DNA of 58,441 nucleotides, filler included, from an uncultured bacterium (lineage in GTDB: Bacteria > CAZSTA01): assembly GCA_964609495.1 (NCBI GenBank). It is 2 parts of 2 records of this genome, joined end to end, with 100 filler letters (N's around TTAATTAATTAA, not from the genome) between each part and the next. Parts side by side here need not be neighbours in the genome. Positions count along the whole stretch, not along the records: positions 1 to 29,270 come from CAZSTA010000022.1; 1 more part is not named here. One strand, written 5' to 3'. This document shows positions 20,474 through 29,370 of the stretch, piece by piece. Both the position numbers and the translations under genes were made by a program. The notes under the pieces were generated by a model, which saw nothing but the letters and a program-made list of their open reading frames with translations, did no database searches and was not told the origin of the DNA. Position 1 is the first letter of the stretch. Each line of letters starts with the position of its first letter.

Positions 20474-21301
20474 GTGAGGTTTATAACTATCTACTCACTT
20501 TATAAGGACTTCTTTACTTTTGTTCTACCTGCTACTTCTGATCTATGGGGAGCTTATCGAAGATATTATTTAGAGCCTCATAAGGACTTTATGGAGAGCT
20601 ACTTAAAATCTTTTCCCCACCTAACCGAGGAGAATCTAGCGGATAGAGTGAGGAATATCAAGAAGGAAGATTATTCTCCTCTGATCGAGTTATTGGATAG
20701 CTGCGAAGTAGAAGGTATAATAAACTCGACTTTGCAGAAGTGTAAAAAGTTGCTTCCTCGAATTGATCTACCAGATGTATATCTTATAATAGGCTTTTTC
20801 AGTCCTGATGGATTCGTCTTGGAGGTGAAGAATAAGCCGGTGATCGGTATAGGATTGGAGAGATTTTTCGATTTTGATGGGCTTCCTGTAGTATTAACCC
20901 ATGAATATGGACATTACGGACTGCGTTGGTTAAGAGGTATAGAAGGCAAGAATCCCACTCTTTTAGAGGTATTACTAGCTGAAGGATTAAGCATCGCATT
21001 CTCTAAAGCAGTCTTTCCTGATAAGCCATTGTATAAACTCCTCTTCTTCTCTCAAGAGAGGTTGAATTGGTGTAGGCAGAATGAAGGATATTTATGGAAA
21101 TGTATAGAGAGGGATTTTAAATCTACTGATATAGAAGTGATAGGCAAATATCTATCTGGTATCGGGGAAGGTGAAATTCCCCCTCGGGTAGGCTATTATT
21201 TGGGATATAGGCTTGTGGAAGAGAGAACGGAAAGCATTGAAGAACTATTATATTTAGTAGCAAGATCACAAGTAGAAGGATTTTGGCCACCGAATCAATA
21301 A
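20474..21301 (+). CDS. DUF2268-like Zn-dependent protease
   Basis: HEYGH, AEGL and PPRVGYYLGY motifs. Confidence 0.75.
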   Translation: MRFITIYSLYKDFFTFVLPATSDLWGAYRRYYLEPHKDFMESYLKSFPHLTEENLADRVRNIKKEDYSPLIELLDSCEVEGIINSTLQKCKKLLPRIDLPDVYLIIGFFSPDGFVLEVKNKPVIGIGLERFFDFDGLPVVLTHEYGHYGLRWLRGIEGKNPTLLEVLLAEGLSIAFSKAVFPDKPLYKLLFFSQERLNWCRQNEGYLWKCIERDFKSTDIEVIGKYLSGIGEGEIPPRVGYYLGYRLVEERTESIEELLYLVARSQVEGFWPPNQ

Positions 21302-21346
21302 GAGCTGTTGATCTTCATTACCAACAGCTCTTATGTAGCTTTTTTA
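21300..21346 (+). terminator. Hairpin after the protease stop codon
   Basis: AAGAGCTGTTG..CAACAGCTCTT, then a T-rich tract. Confidence 0.5.
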
Positions 21347-21370
21347 TAGAGTTACTTTTCCTGTTAAAAC

Positions 21371-21401
21371 AATGCGCCTCACTATCTCAGTGAGGCGCAT
21401 T
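21371..21401 (-). terminator. Intrinsic terminator of the holin-like gene
   Basis: Perfect 13-bp stem AATGCGCCTCACT/AGTGAGGCGCATT followed by GTTTT on the minus strand. Confidence 0.65.
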
Positions 21402-21435
21402 ATAAGAGGGGATAAGGGGATGGGTGGTGGAAGGA

Positions 21436-21792
21436 TTAGGGGATCCAAACATTGTAGGCTTTTATACTAGCTCTTGATAAGCTCTTAACTTTGTCCTCAG
21501 AAGCTATTTTAATTACAGCTCCCAAGGATAAACTTTTAGCTTTTTCTGGTTCTAAATCGAATAACTTGATAAGCTCTTGGGTTACTAGCTTGGCTATCTC
21601 TAGCAGATCGCTATCTGGATATAGAGCTAAATACTTTTCTACGAGCTTATCTACCATCCTGATCGCTAGCTCTAATATGGCTCTATCTTCCCTCTGCTTA
21701 AAATATTTATTTAGCAGATAGCCCCCAATAATCGGAATAAAAGCCACAATTATCATCTGGATTAATTGAGATATCTCTGGATTGATATTCAT
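21436..21792 (-). CDS. Small single-TM membrane protein, LL-H holin-like architecture
   Basis: N-terminal TM, basic patch, amphipathic helices; SD AAGGAG. Confidence 0.5.
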   Translation of the reverse strand: MNINPEISQLIQMIIVAFIPIIGGYLLNKYFKQREDRAILELAIRMVDKLVEKYLALYPDSDLLEIAKLVTQELIKLFDLEPEKAKSLSLGAVIKIASEDKVKSLSRASIKAYNVWIP

Positions 21793-21852
21793 ACTTCGAT
21801 TTTTCTCCTTTCTGTTTAATCACCTAAATAGGATATTATCAGTCCTATCTAT

Positions 21853-21881
21853 AGTATATCCAAGCCTTGTCTTAGAGTCAA
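21853..21881 (-). promoter_or_regulatory. sigma70 promoter of the holin-like gene
   Basis: TTGACT-N17-TATACT. Confidence 0.6.
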
Positions 21882-21992
21882 GGAAAGAAAGTCTCCTTTG
21901 CCATCAGCTTGCTTCTCTACGAGCTCTAATAATAGGCTATTAGGGGGAAGATATTCAATAAAGCCCGGGTCAAAGGGAGATTTTACTAAAAC

Positions 21993-22030
21993 AAAAAAAA
22001 CTTGCCTCTCTCGAGATCGAAAGACAAGCT
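21993..22030 (-). terminator. Intrinsic terminator downstream of tRNA-Trp
   Basis: CTTGTCTTTC-loop-GAGAGGCAAG followed by T8 on the minus strand. Confidence 0.75.
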
Positions 22031-22131
22031 TTAGATTACAAATTGATTAACACAGATATTATTATCTTAGTATTGACAATATCGTATTACGGGGAAAGAC
22101 AGAAAGCCCTTGTGTATTTTGCCATGTTAAG

Positions 22132-22207
22132 TGGCAGGCCCGGCAGGACTTGAACCCGCAACCGCCGGTTTTGGAGACCGGTGCTCTACCAGTTGAGCTA
22201 CGGACCT
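22132..22207 (-). tRNA. tRNA-Trp(CCA)
   Basis: AGGTCCG acceptor, TAGCTCAACTGGTAGAGC D arm, CCGGT-CTCCAAA-ACCGG anticodon arm, GGTTCAAGTCC T arm, encoded CCA; 76 nt. Confidence 0.97.
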
Positions 22208-22218
22208 GAATGCTATCT

Positions 22219-22458
22219 TTAAGAAAGCTCCACCGTATTACAAGTAAGGGTTCTATTTATGCCATCTATCTTGTGGAAGCTATTCATGACCAGCCCGGTG
22301 AGGTCTTTATAGGTATCTGCTTCTACAAAGGCTATTATATCATAAGGGCCAGTGACCGCGTAAGCGGTCTTTACCCCCTTCGAGTTCTTTATCTCGCGCA
22401 AGACCTCAGCAGTCTTCCCCGCTGATACCTCTATCATCACATATGCTGATACAGGCAT
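22219..22458 (-). CDS. Stand-alone Lrp/AsnC ligand-binding (RAM) domain protein
   Basis: AYVMIEV..G, VTGPYDIIA and IDGINRTLT motifs. Confidence 0.88.
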   Translation of the reverse strand: MPVSAYVMIEVSAGKTAEVLREIKNSKGVKTAYAVTGPYDIIAFVEADTYKDLTGLVMNSFHKIDGINRTLTCNTVELS

Positions 22459-22489
22459 CTATATCCACTCCCTGCTTTTGAAAAGCAAA

Positions 22490-23266
22490 TTAGGGCGCTG
22501 GAGGGAATAATGGCACATGCAGGACTGTATCCTTCTTGGTGCCTTGAAGAGGAGTTATAACCTCTACTTCTAATACTCCCTCATTGGGATCAGTATTAAC
22601 GACGCTGATCTTACTTCTGGGTACCCTGAGCACACTAGTATCTATGCTCTTAACCTGATCACTTTTGTTGATGGAATAAGTTCCCTCTTCCGGCGTGGGG
22701 GGAAACACCTGCCTACCCTTACTTCCATCCGCATTCATCGTCCATAGCTTTATGTTTACAGTCAGAGGAACATCAGCGAATGAGATAAGCTTATTATCTT
22801 CGGTTAAGAAGTCGAGGACAACTACCGGACCCTGCTGTTCAGTGGGATGCTCTCCCCAAGCGTGCCAATTTACTGTTGCACGTATCCTAGCCAATCCCTT
22901 TATGATCGCTGGTCCTATAGCTTCCATAGCAATATTCTGAGTGGTGGTCTCTCCTGCTGTAACTGTAACAGTTTTACTATAATCCTTATAACCGGTAGTT
23001 TTGGCTTTAAGTACTTGTTCTCCTGTTGGCACTTCAGTTAGATTATAAGTTCCATCATCGGCAGAGTAGGTCTCTTTATTACCCGCTGTTATCTTAACGG
23101 TTGCTAAAGCTGCTCCGCCATTCTTATCAGTCACTTTGCCGGCGACAGTTCCGGTCTTCGCTGGTGGCTGGGGTTGAGGCTTTTCTTCACCGCATCCACT
23201 TAATACAGCAAGCATTACTGAAACTGTGATAAAAAATGCTATTAACGTTAAAGATCTCTTCACCAA
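22490..23266 (-). CDS. Lipoprotein with carboxypeptidase-regulatory-like beta-sandwich
   Basis: Lipobox LSGC, Pro linker, GTVAGKVTD..DGTYNL..VPTG..GY. Confidence 0.75.
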   Translation of the reverse strand: MVKRSLTLIAFFITVSVMLAVLSGCGEEKPQPQPPAKTGTVAGKVTDKNGGAALATVKITAGNKETYSADDGTYNLTEVPTGEQVLKAKTTGYKDYSKTVTVTAGETTTQNIAMEAIGPAIIKGLARIRATVNWHAWGEHPTEQQGPVVVLDFLTEDNKLISFADVPLTVNIKLWTMNADGSKGRQVFPPTPEEGTYSINKSDQVKSIDTSVLRVPRSKISVVNTDPNEGVLEVEVITPLQGTKKDTVLHVPLFPPAP

Positions 23267-23406
23267 AAAACACTCTCCTTTCTTAACTCAACTTCGATAG
23301 CTAGTGATCAAGGGCTATTCACTAGGAGTAAACAACCACGCGTGGGCAGAGCAACTTTCCTATCTATCAAAGTTGGGTTCTAAAGATAATGCTATATCCC
23401 CAACTT

Positions 23407-23517
23407 TTGACATACTCCAACGACCTTTAGTCGTTAGATTCTGGAGTCAAGCAGCGACAGCCACGTCATGTGGTCGAAACGTTACCATGTCCTCAGCTCC
23501 CGGACATTGACGAATGA
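23407..23517 (-). ncRNA. IS200/IS605 right end with TnpB omega-RNA-like scaffold (no tnpB)
   Basis: Minus strand ..GGGAG..GACC..GGC..TTGACTCCAGAATC-TAACGACTAAAGGTCGTTGG-AGTATGTCAA; internal TTGAC is complementary to terminal GTCAA. Confidence 0.6.
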
Positions 23518-24819
23518 TCATTCGGGTATCTGAGCACCTACCCCGCTGACGGCGCCGAAAAGCTTAAGCGCATCTTCCCATAGGTAGCGGTTGCCAAACA
23601 TACTGACCTTAGTTGTCAGCTTGCCCTGCTTGTTCAAACCCACCGCTTCCCGCATCAGGTTGGCAGGCGATTCAGGGTCATAATCTTCTTCCTCGGTATA
23701 TCGGGCACTTAGAAAGCCTCCCAGATATGCTTTGTTGACAGGGAAGCCCTGAGGGATCTCATCTCTGTTGCCCTCGATGCTGGCGAGTTCTAAGTCCTCA
23801 AACTCATCGGCAGAGAGATTCAACTTGGTGTTGCTGTCAGGACTGTATTCCATATCAGACTGCTTGTTCAGGAAGAAAATATTGTTATCCAGTTTTATCC
23901 ATTCATCATTGTTGAAACGGGTATGATCAACACCGGTGAGGATAGAGGCGCCGATAATGTTATGGTGTATGTTGTATTCCATTTTGGTCATTACACGTAC
24001 ACCGTAACCCATATCCATAAAGTCTTTAAGACGGCTCCAGGTGAAGAGTATGGTGTTATTGGCGATCTCCGCACTACCACAGGGTTCATTTTTATCGCCG
24101 CAAGTACCCCAAACCTCTATGGCCGCCATCCGGTTTGAGACGAAGACATTATTGGTTATGGTGATAGTCCCGGTGGGTATGCCGCCCTGGATACCGAATT
24201 TGGCGCTGTTCAGAAAAACGTTGTTGCTGATTGTGATATCGCCTCCTTTGTTACCAGCCGCGATGGATATACATTGCTCAGTAACAGTAGCTTTCTCCCC
24301 CTTGGCTTTCTTGGGGGGCAACAGCAACATACCGGTTTCAACACCTTCCGGCTTGCCTTCAGATGGGGAGTAAGAATTGCGCATACCCATATCAAAGATG
24401 AACCCATCCACTACTGTTCCATCAACCTCTTTGGACAACTTAAGGAGAGCTTTGCGAGCCTTGCCTCCGCTTTCATTGTCGGGTTGGAATAGGGTTGGGT
24501 GGTCGATCACACTACGCTCAGAGAAGTCTGTTGAGTAGCCACCATACATTTTCAGGGGTTTATCAATTTCCAGATAGCCGATGTTGAACGTCCCGCTGTA
24601 TGTCCCTTCCGCAATCAACAACGTGTCTCCTGCCTCGGCCTTTTTAATCGCCTTGTCAATATTCTTCATCGGTTCTTCATCGGTTCCCGGATTTTTGTTA
24701 TTTCCCGTGCTTATGGATACATGGATAGTTTCTGCATAAGCTGTTGGCACGACTAGAACAAAAACCGCTAATGATATGATTATGATCCATCCACCGAATT
24801 TCCTGATATGATCTAGCAT
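23518..24819 (-). CDS. Secreted DUF1565/right-handed beta-helix protein
   Basis: Signal peptide ending AYA; GNNKNPGT..PMKNIDKAI..AEGTY; repeated I.NNVF; ATG 24819 behind AAAGGGGG. Confidence 0.75.
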   Translation of the reverse strand: MLDHIRKFGGWIIIISLAVFVLVVPTAYAETIHVSISTGNNKNPGTDEEPMKNIDKAIKKAEAGDTLLIAEGTYSGTFNIGYLEIDKPLKMYGGYSTDFSERSVIDHPTLFQPDNESGGKARKALLKLSKEVDGTVVDGFIFDMGMRNSYSPSEGKPEGVETGMLLLPPKKAKGEKATVTEQCISIAAGNKGGDITISNNVFLNSAKFGIQGGIPTGTITITNNVFVSNRMAAIEVWGTCGDKNEPCGSAEIANNTILFTWSRLKDFMDMGYGVRVMTKMEYNIHHNIIGASILTGVDHTRFNNDEWIKLDNNIFFLNKQSDMEYSPDSNTKLNLSADEFEDLELASIEGNRDEIPQGFPVNKAYLGGFLSARYTEEEDYDPESPANLMREAVGLNKQGKLTTKVSMFGNRYLWEDALKLFGAVSGVGAQIPE

Positions 24820-24879
24820 TCTATTTCTATCCCCCTTTAAAGTAAATTGATGCCCGAACATACACCGCTGATTAAAAAC

Positions 24880-24937
24880 GTTGTGACCATTAGTCCCATT
24901 AATTTAGCAAAGACCATCTAGTCGTTGGATGAATGAC
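24880..24937. mobile_element. IS200/IS605 end-like hairpin remnant (left-end-like on the + strand)
   Basis: ATTAATTTAGCAAAGACCATCTAGTCGTTGGA resembles 16712-16742 and continues as TGAATGAC. Confidence 0.45.
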
Positions 24938-25013
24938 GAAGAGATCGTAAAAAAGAAGCTGATCACTCCTCTATTGCGACCTAATCATCAACCTTCCGTC
25001 ATAAGTTCCTTAT

Positions 25014-25042
25014 ATTATACCACATAATTCGGGAAAATTCAA
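25014..25042 (-). promoter_or_regulatory. sigma70 promoter (extended -10) for the beta-helix gene
   Basis: TTGAAT-N17-TATAAT with TGG before the -10. Confidence 0.55.
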
Positions 25043-25171
25043 ACCCTCTGATAGATTTTTTTCAAAAAATTTTAAACAGATCCTATTTTCAGTTGGAAAT
25101 AGAGAGAGTCGGGCCTAGTCGACCCGACTATCAGCAGTATTTGAAGATCGGATGTAGAATGTTATTTTCTT

Positions 25172-27355
25172 CTATTTGCCCGATATCATCTCCAACTCTC
25201 CTTCGCTTAGCACACTCTTTCCCTCAGGACCGACCTCTATGAAATTCTCTCCTAACTTAACGATGACTCTTTCTCCTAAAGCGAAGTAATCACCAAGCTC
25301 CGAAGCGGTAGCTAATAGTTGGAAATAAGCCTCGCTCATATACTCAATCTTAATGGTCTTCTCTCCCTCTGAGTATTCGCTATCTGTCCAAATCTCATTT
25401 CGCAGGTAGAAGGTCCTATCTTTCACATACTTGACTACTTCTCTAGCCTCTCCTGCAACTCCTCCTAATCCCTCCACCTCTGGAGGAGCTATTTTATCAG
25501 AGACTTTCATCTCCTTGAAAGCTAGGCTCCGGTCAACGGCAGCTTTGCCCCCGCCTTTATCTTTTGCCATAGGAGCCATAGCCTCCTCGGCTTCGTGAAA
25601 AAGATCCTCATCCCTCATCCTACTAACTCTTTCCTCTACTAAGAAAGAGGTGTAAGGAGTGATTATCCCATATCTTTTGCTGAGCTGGACTATCTCCTCA
25701 ACTAACTCTCTATTTTCTCCACTCAGGCGGATTTCATCTAAAAGGTATCCTATTCGCCGAGAAGCCCAGAGGCGAGGGATGAAATCAGTTCCCATATTAT
25801 AAGCGGGGAAGTTTGCTTCATAGACAAAGTTTTGAATTTCTTCTCCAACGTCTCCACTAAGCTTGATTCCAGTAGTCCCAATATCTCTATATCTTCCTAA
25901 GAGGATCAATTGAGAACCCTTGAAGAGATCGGGTAAATCTTGAGGATATAGGTGAGCTACTCTAATTCCTCCAAAATCGAGCTTCAAGTTGGATAGCACG
26001 GGTGAACTGATCTTGCTATAGAAGTGGGATACCTTAATCTCGATATCTTCTCCGGGCTGTATGTAATCGGATATCCCTCCATTCTCCCCAGATATCTTGT
26101 CCAGAAGTTTGGTATTGACGTTATAACCCACTCCAAAGACGAAGATACGCGTTGAAGTTCGATTCTCACGATTGACATTATCTATTATCCTCTTAATATT
26201 AGTCTCTCCCACCGTGGGTAATCCATCGGTTAAGAATACTAGTATTCGGGGCCTGTTGCCTGAAGAGAAGAGAGCCAGCCCCTCTCTGAGAGCTTGATCG
26301 ATGTTCGTTCCTCCCAAGGCTTCCATCCTTTTTACTTCGCCCGAAGCTTCTTTGATCCGACTCTTCTCAGCAGGGACTAAGGTGTTCCAGAAGGAATAGA
26401 TATCTGTATTGAAGGTTATAACGTTGAATCTATCATCGGGGTTGAGGTGAGAGAGGACGAACTCCAAGGCTCCCTTAGCCTGCTCGATCTTATCTCCAGA
26501 CATACTGCCTGAGGTGTCAAAGACGAAGACGATGTCCTTCCCCAGGATCCGTTTAGAGGGGATCTCGAACTTGGGCGAAGCCATTAGGAGGAAGAAACCG
26601 TTCTCCCTCCCATCGTTATAGGTCAATAGCGATAAGCCAATGTCCTTCGGGGATACTGTGTAATACAGGAGAAAATCCTTGTCAGGATAGATGTTTGCAT
26701 CCTCATAACTCAGACTGGCTTGATAATCATCGATCCTGTTGATCGCTATCGTATGGGAAGGGGAATACACAGTCTTTATCGGCTCTGAAGAGGTGATCTT
26801 AACGTAGATCGTCACATCCTCCAGGGGTTTTGAGGAGAAACGTTCGGTATCCAAAGGGTAGATGTATTCCAGGAGGTTATTATCCTTCTTCAAGATCTCA
26901 TTGTATTTCAACTGAACTCTCTTCTCTCCTCCTGCGGGAATAGGAAAGATCCTGGCTTGGAACATATTCCTTCCCACATACTCTAAGATAGCTGGATCTC
27001 TCCTTCTCCGAACGATATCCTCATATATCCTTCGCGCTTCATCTTTGTCCAGAAGGCGACCAGTTAGCTTCTCACCATCAACGAACATCGAGAATTCACT
27101 AATACTTGCTTCCTCTGGCAGGGGAAAGATATAGGTCCCTTCCAAATCCCGATGAAATTCATTAACAAACACCTGATCGATCTCAGTCGTTACTATCTGA
27201 TCGTTGATATCGACTCTAACTCGGTGATACTTTATCGCTGGAAGGGGAACATGCTCTACATCTGGCAGTGGATCAGGGATGATGAAGCCATCCGCTAGAG
27301 CTTTGCAGGGAAATATCACCAATATCAACCCTAAGAGTAAAATTATTTTAAACAT
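25172..27355 (-). CDS. Secreted VIT + vWA domain protein (inter-alpha-trypsin inhibitor-like)
   Basis: Signal peptide; LEGTYIFPLP..A.RIYEDIV..RDPAILE VIT; DTSGSM and LTDG MIDAS; ITPYTSFLV. Confidence 0.9.
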   Translation of the reverse strand: MFKIILLLGLILVIFPCKALADGFIIPDPLPDVEHVPLPAIKYHRVRVDINDQIVTTEIDQVFVNEFHRDLEGTYIFPLPEEASISEFSMFVDGEKLTGRLLDKDEARRIYEDIVRRRRDPAILEYVGRNMFQARIFPIPAGGEKRVQLKYNEILKKDNNLLEYIYPLDTERFSSKPLEDVTIYVKITSSEPIKTVYSPSHTIAINRIDDYQASLSYEDANIYPDKDFLLYYTVSPKDIGLSLLTYNDGRENGFFLLMASPKFEIPSKRILGKDIVFVFDTSGSMSGDKIEQAKGALEFVLSHLNPDDRFNVITFNTDIYSFWNTLVPAEKSRIKEASGEVKRMEALGGTNIDQALREGLALFSSGNRPRILVFLTDGLPTVGETNIKRIIDNVNRENRTSTRIFVFGVGYNVNTKLLDKISGENGGISDYIQPGEDIEIKVSHFYSKISSPVLSNLKLDFGGIRVAHLYPQDLPDLFKGSQLILLGRYRDIGTTGIKLSGDVGEEIQNFVYEANFPAYNMGTDFIPRLWASRRIGYLLDEIRLSGENRELVEEIVQLSKRYGIITPYTSFLVEERVSRMRDEDLFHEAEEAMAPMAKDKGGGKAAVDRSLAFKEMKVSDKIAPPEVEGLGGVAGEAREVVKYVKDRTFYLRNEIWTDSEYSEGEKTIKIEYMSEAYFQLLATASELGDYFALGERVIVKLGENFIEVGPEGKSVLSEGELEMISGK

Positions 27356-27377
27356 CCTAATACCTCCTTTGAAGTTT

Positions 27378-28505
27378 TTAACGCGATTCTGCTTGATTGG
27401 AAATCTCTATCAACTCTACTCTGATAAAGGCTTTCTTCTCCTCTTTGCCTCTTTCTAAAATATCTTCTAATTCTTTCTTTGCTTGAGCTTCTTCTGCCCT
27501 CTCCTTCGTCTTCAATTCATGCTTCACCTTACCCAATTTCTCGATATGAGCAACCGCTTCATAGAGCTGAGGATCGGGTAAGCTTATAAGCATCCAACCT
27601 CGCTTCTGTCCTTGTTCATTTTCCCAGCTAGAGAAATCGGTTATATCACCTTTGAACTCTTTCGAGATAGCGATCAATTCCTGCTTACTTCCTTGGAAAT
27701 CATCGGTTTCTAAGCGGAGGTAAATATGATCGGTTTTCTGTTCAGGAGAAGCGGATCTCCCAAGCTTATCTCTTTCTCCATATTCCTCTTCAGGAGCCTC
27801 TGGCAAGATTGCCGAAGCTTCGATCTTCTCATCTTCAATCGGAGGAGCTTTAGCAGATAGCTCCCGACTCTCTTCTTCTCCAGCCTCGAAGCTAAAACTT
27901 TGAGGTATCTCCGCAACCTTCGGTATTTCCTCCATTTCTGTTGATTTCGCTTTCTCCTTCTCCTCCGTCTCTTGTGTTGTCTCTGCTTCTGCTACTGGAG
28001 AGGGATAATATGTTTTATCGAGCTTTATATCTCTTTTTACAGGAGGAGAAGGTTCCATCTCCGCCTCGATCTGAGTGAGACCTTCTGCTCTCTCTTCTTT
28101 GACGCTTAATTCTCCAGCAGATAAGGGTAATTTCTCTCCGACTTTCTCCACACCTAGATAGTTATACCAAACGAATCTAACGGTAAGGAATATGAGGATT
28201 ACGACAGCGGCAGTAGCTACTCCTCTAATAGGAACTCTATATAGGGAGTTGATAAAATTTTTGAAGGGTGAACCTCTTGCCCCTCGCTCCTCCTCGAGCT
28301 TTCTTCTCACCGAGGAGTGAAGATCCAAAGGTGGCTCTATAGCTTTCAGGGATCTAACTAATTCAGCGGTCTTCTTCAGAGTCTTCATTTGATAAGCACA
28401 AGTTGGACACTCAAGTAGATGATGCTGAAGTCTCTTAGACTCTAACTGATCAAGTTCCCCATCTATATAGGCGTTTATCAATTCCTTAGCTTCGGCGCAA
28501 TTCAT
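27378..28505 (-). CDS. Membrane anti-sigma factor (zf-HC2 ZAS, TM, acidic linker, DUF4349-like C-terminus)
   Basis: MNC..AYIDGEL..HLLECPTC; single TM. Confidence 0.85.
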   Translation of the reverse strand: MNCAEAKELINAYIDGELDQLESKRLQHHLLECPTCAYQMKTLKKTAELVRSLKAIEPPLDLHSSVRRKLEEERGARGSPFKNFINSLYRVPIRGVATAAVVILIFLTVRFVWYNYLGVEKVGEKLPLSAGELSVKEERAEGLTQIEAEMEPSPPVKRDIKLDKTYYPSPVAEAETTQETEEKEKAKSTEMEEIPKVAEIPQSFSFEAGEEESRELSAKAPPIEDEKIEASAILPEAPEEEYGERDKLGRSASPEQKTDHIYLRLETDDFQGSKQELIAISKEFKGDITDFSSWENEQGQKRGWMLISLPDPQLYEAVAHIEKLGKVKHELKTKERAEEAQAKKELEDILERGKEEKKAFIRVELIEISNQAESR

Positions 28506-28512
28506 TGCGCAC

Positions 28513-29127
28513 TTACCCTGATTTTTCATAGACGTAAGGTTCTAATTTCTCCCTTAAAGTTTCCCTAGCTCTACTTATCCTCGATTTAACCGTTCCTAAG
28601 GAACAGTTGATCACCTCTGCTATCTCGTTATAGGATAACCCCTGTATATCCCTAAGTATAATCACCGTTCTATGTTCCTCAGAAAGCTCCTCTAAAGCTT
28701 CCTGGATATATTCATCGAGTTCTTTTCTTTCCACGATCTCCTGAGGATTCCCTTTATTATCTGGGATATCTCTTTTCAACTCTCCTTCCTCCGACTTCAT
28801 AGGATCATCGAGGGATTGAAGTTGTAATTTAGATTTTTTTCGCAGTTGATCTAAGCAGAGGTTAGTCACCACTCGATATAGCCAGGTATGGAAACTAGAT
28901 TTCCCTCGAAATTTCTTGAGAGATTTGTAGATTCGCACGAATGCTTCTTGTGACCAATCTTTAGCCTCCTCATAATTACCAGCGAAGCGATAGACGATAT
29001 TGAACACATTCCGCTCATAGCGACCTATAAGCTCTTCAAAAGCATCTAGATCACCTCGTCTGCATCTTATGATTAAGGTCTCTTCTACTCGATCTTTAAA
29101 AGCTGGTTTGCTAAGTTTTAACCCCAA
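28513..29127 (-). CDS. ECF RNA polymerase sigma factor (SigW/RpoE-like)
   Basis: AFEELI.RY, F.TWLYR...N.CLD and GLSYNEIA...GTVKSRISRAR motifs. Confidence 0.93.
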   Translation of the reverse strand: MGLKLSKPAFKDRVEETLIIRCRRGDLDAFEELIGRYERNVFNIVYRFAGNYEEAKDWSQEAFVRIYKSLKKFRGKSSFHTWLYRVVTNLCLDQLRKKSKLQLQSLDDPMKSEEGELKRDIPDNKGNPQEIVERKELDEYIQEALEELSEEHRTVIILRDIQGLSYNEIAEVINCSLGTVKSRISRARETLREKLEPYVYEKSG

Positions 29128-29169
29128 CTCGGAGGCACCTCGATCTAGGGATATTCCCCGCCAGTTTAT

Positions 29170-29197
29170 TTAGACGAAAGTAGGAAGATAAAGTTCC
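29170..29197 (-). promoter_or_regulatory. ECF-type (probably autoregulatory) promoter
   Basis: GGAAC-N16-CGTCTAA on the minus strand about 40 nt upstream of the sigma gene. Confidence 0.75.
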
Positions 29198-29270
29198 AAT
29201 TTTAACCTAATATAGAAATCTTCTGCCTTTTGGTCTTTGAACTTCTAATCGGAGTACCATATTCTTAGTT

Positions 29271-29370
29271 NNNNNNNNNNNNNNNNNNNNNNNNNNNNNN
29301 NNNNNNNNNNNNNNTTAATTAATTAANNNNNNNNNNNNNNNNNNNNNNNNNNNNNNNNNNNNNNNNNNNN
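29271..29370. other. Assembly gap with artificial six-frame-stop linker
   Basis: N run + TTAATTAATTAA + N run. Confidence 0.95.

Noticed and set aside
23416-23440. Integron attC site (TCTAAC..GTTGGA)
   Set aside because: Too short, no L boxes, no integrase or cassette array; better explained as an IS605 end hairpin
29315-29326. TTAATTAATTAA as the yvcK stop or a biological palindrome
   Set aside because: Scaffolding linker inside Ns; adjacency across the gap is uncertain
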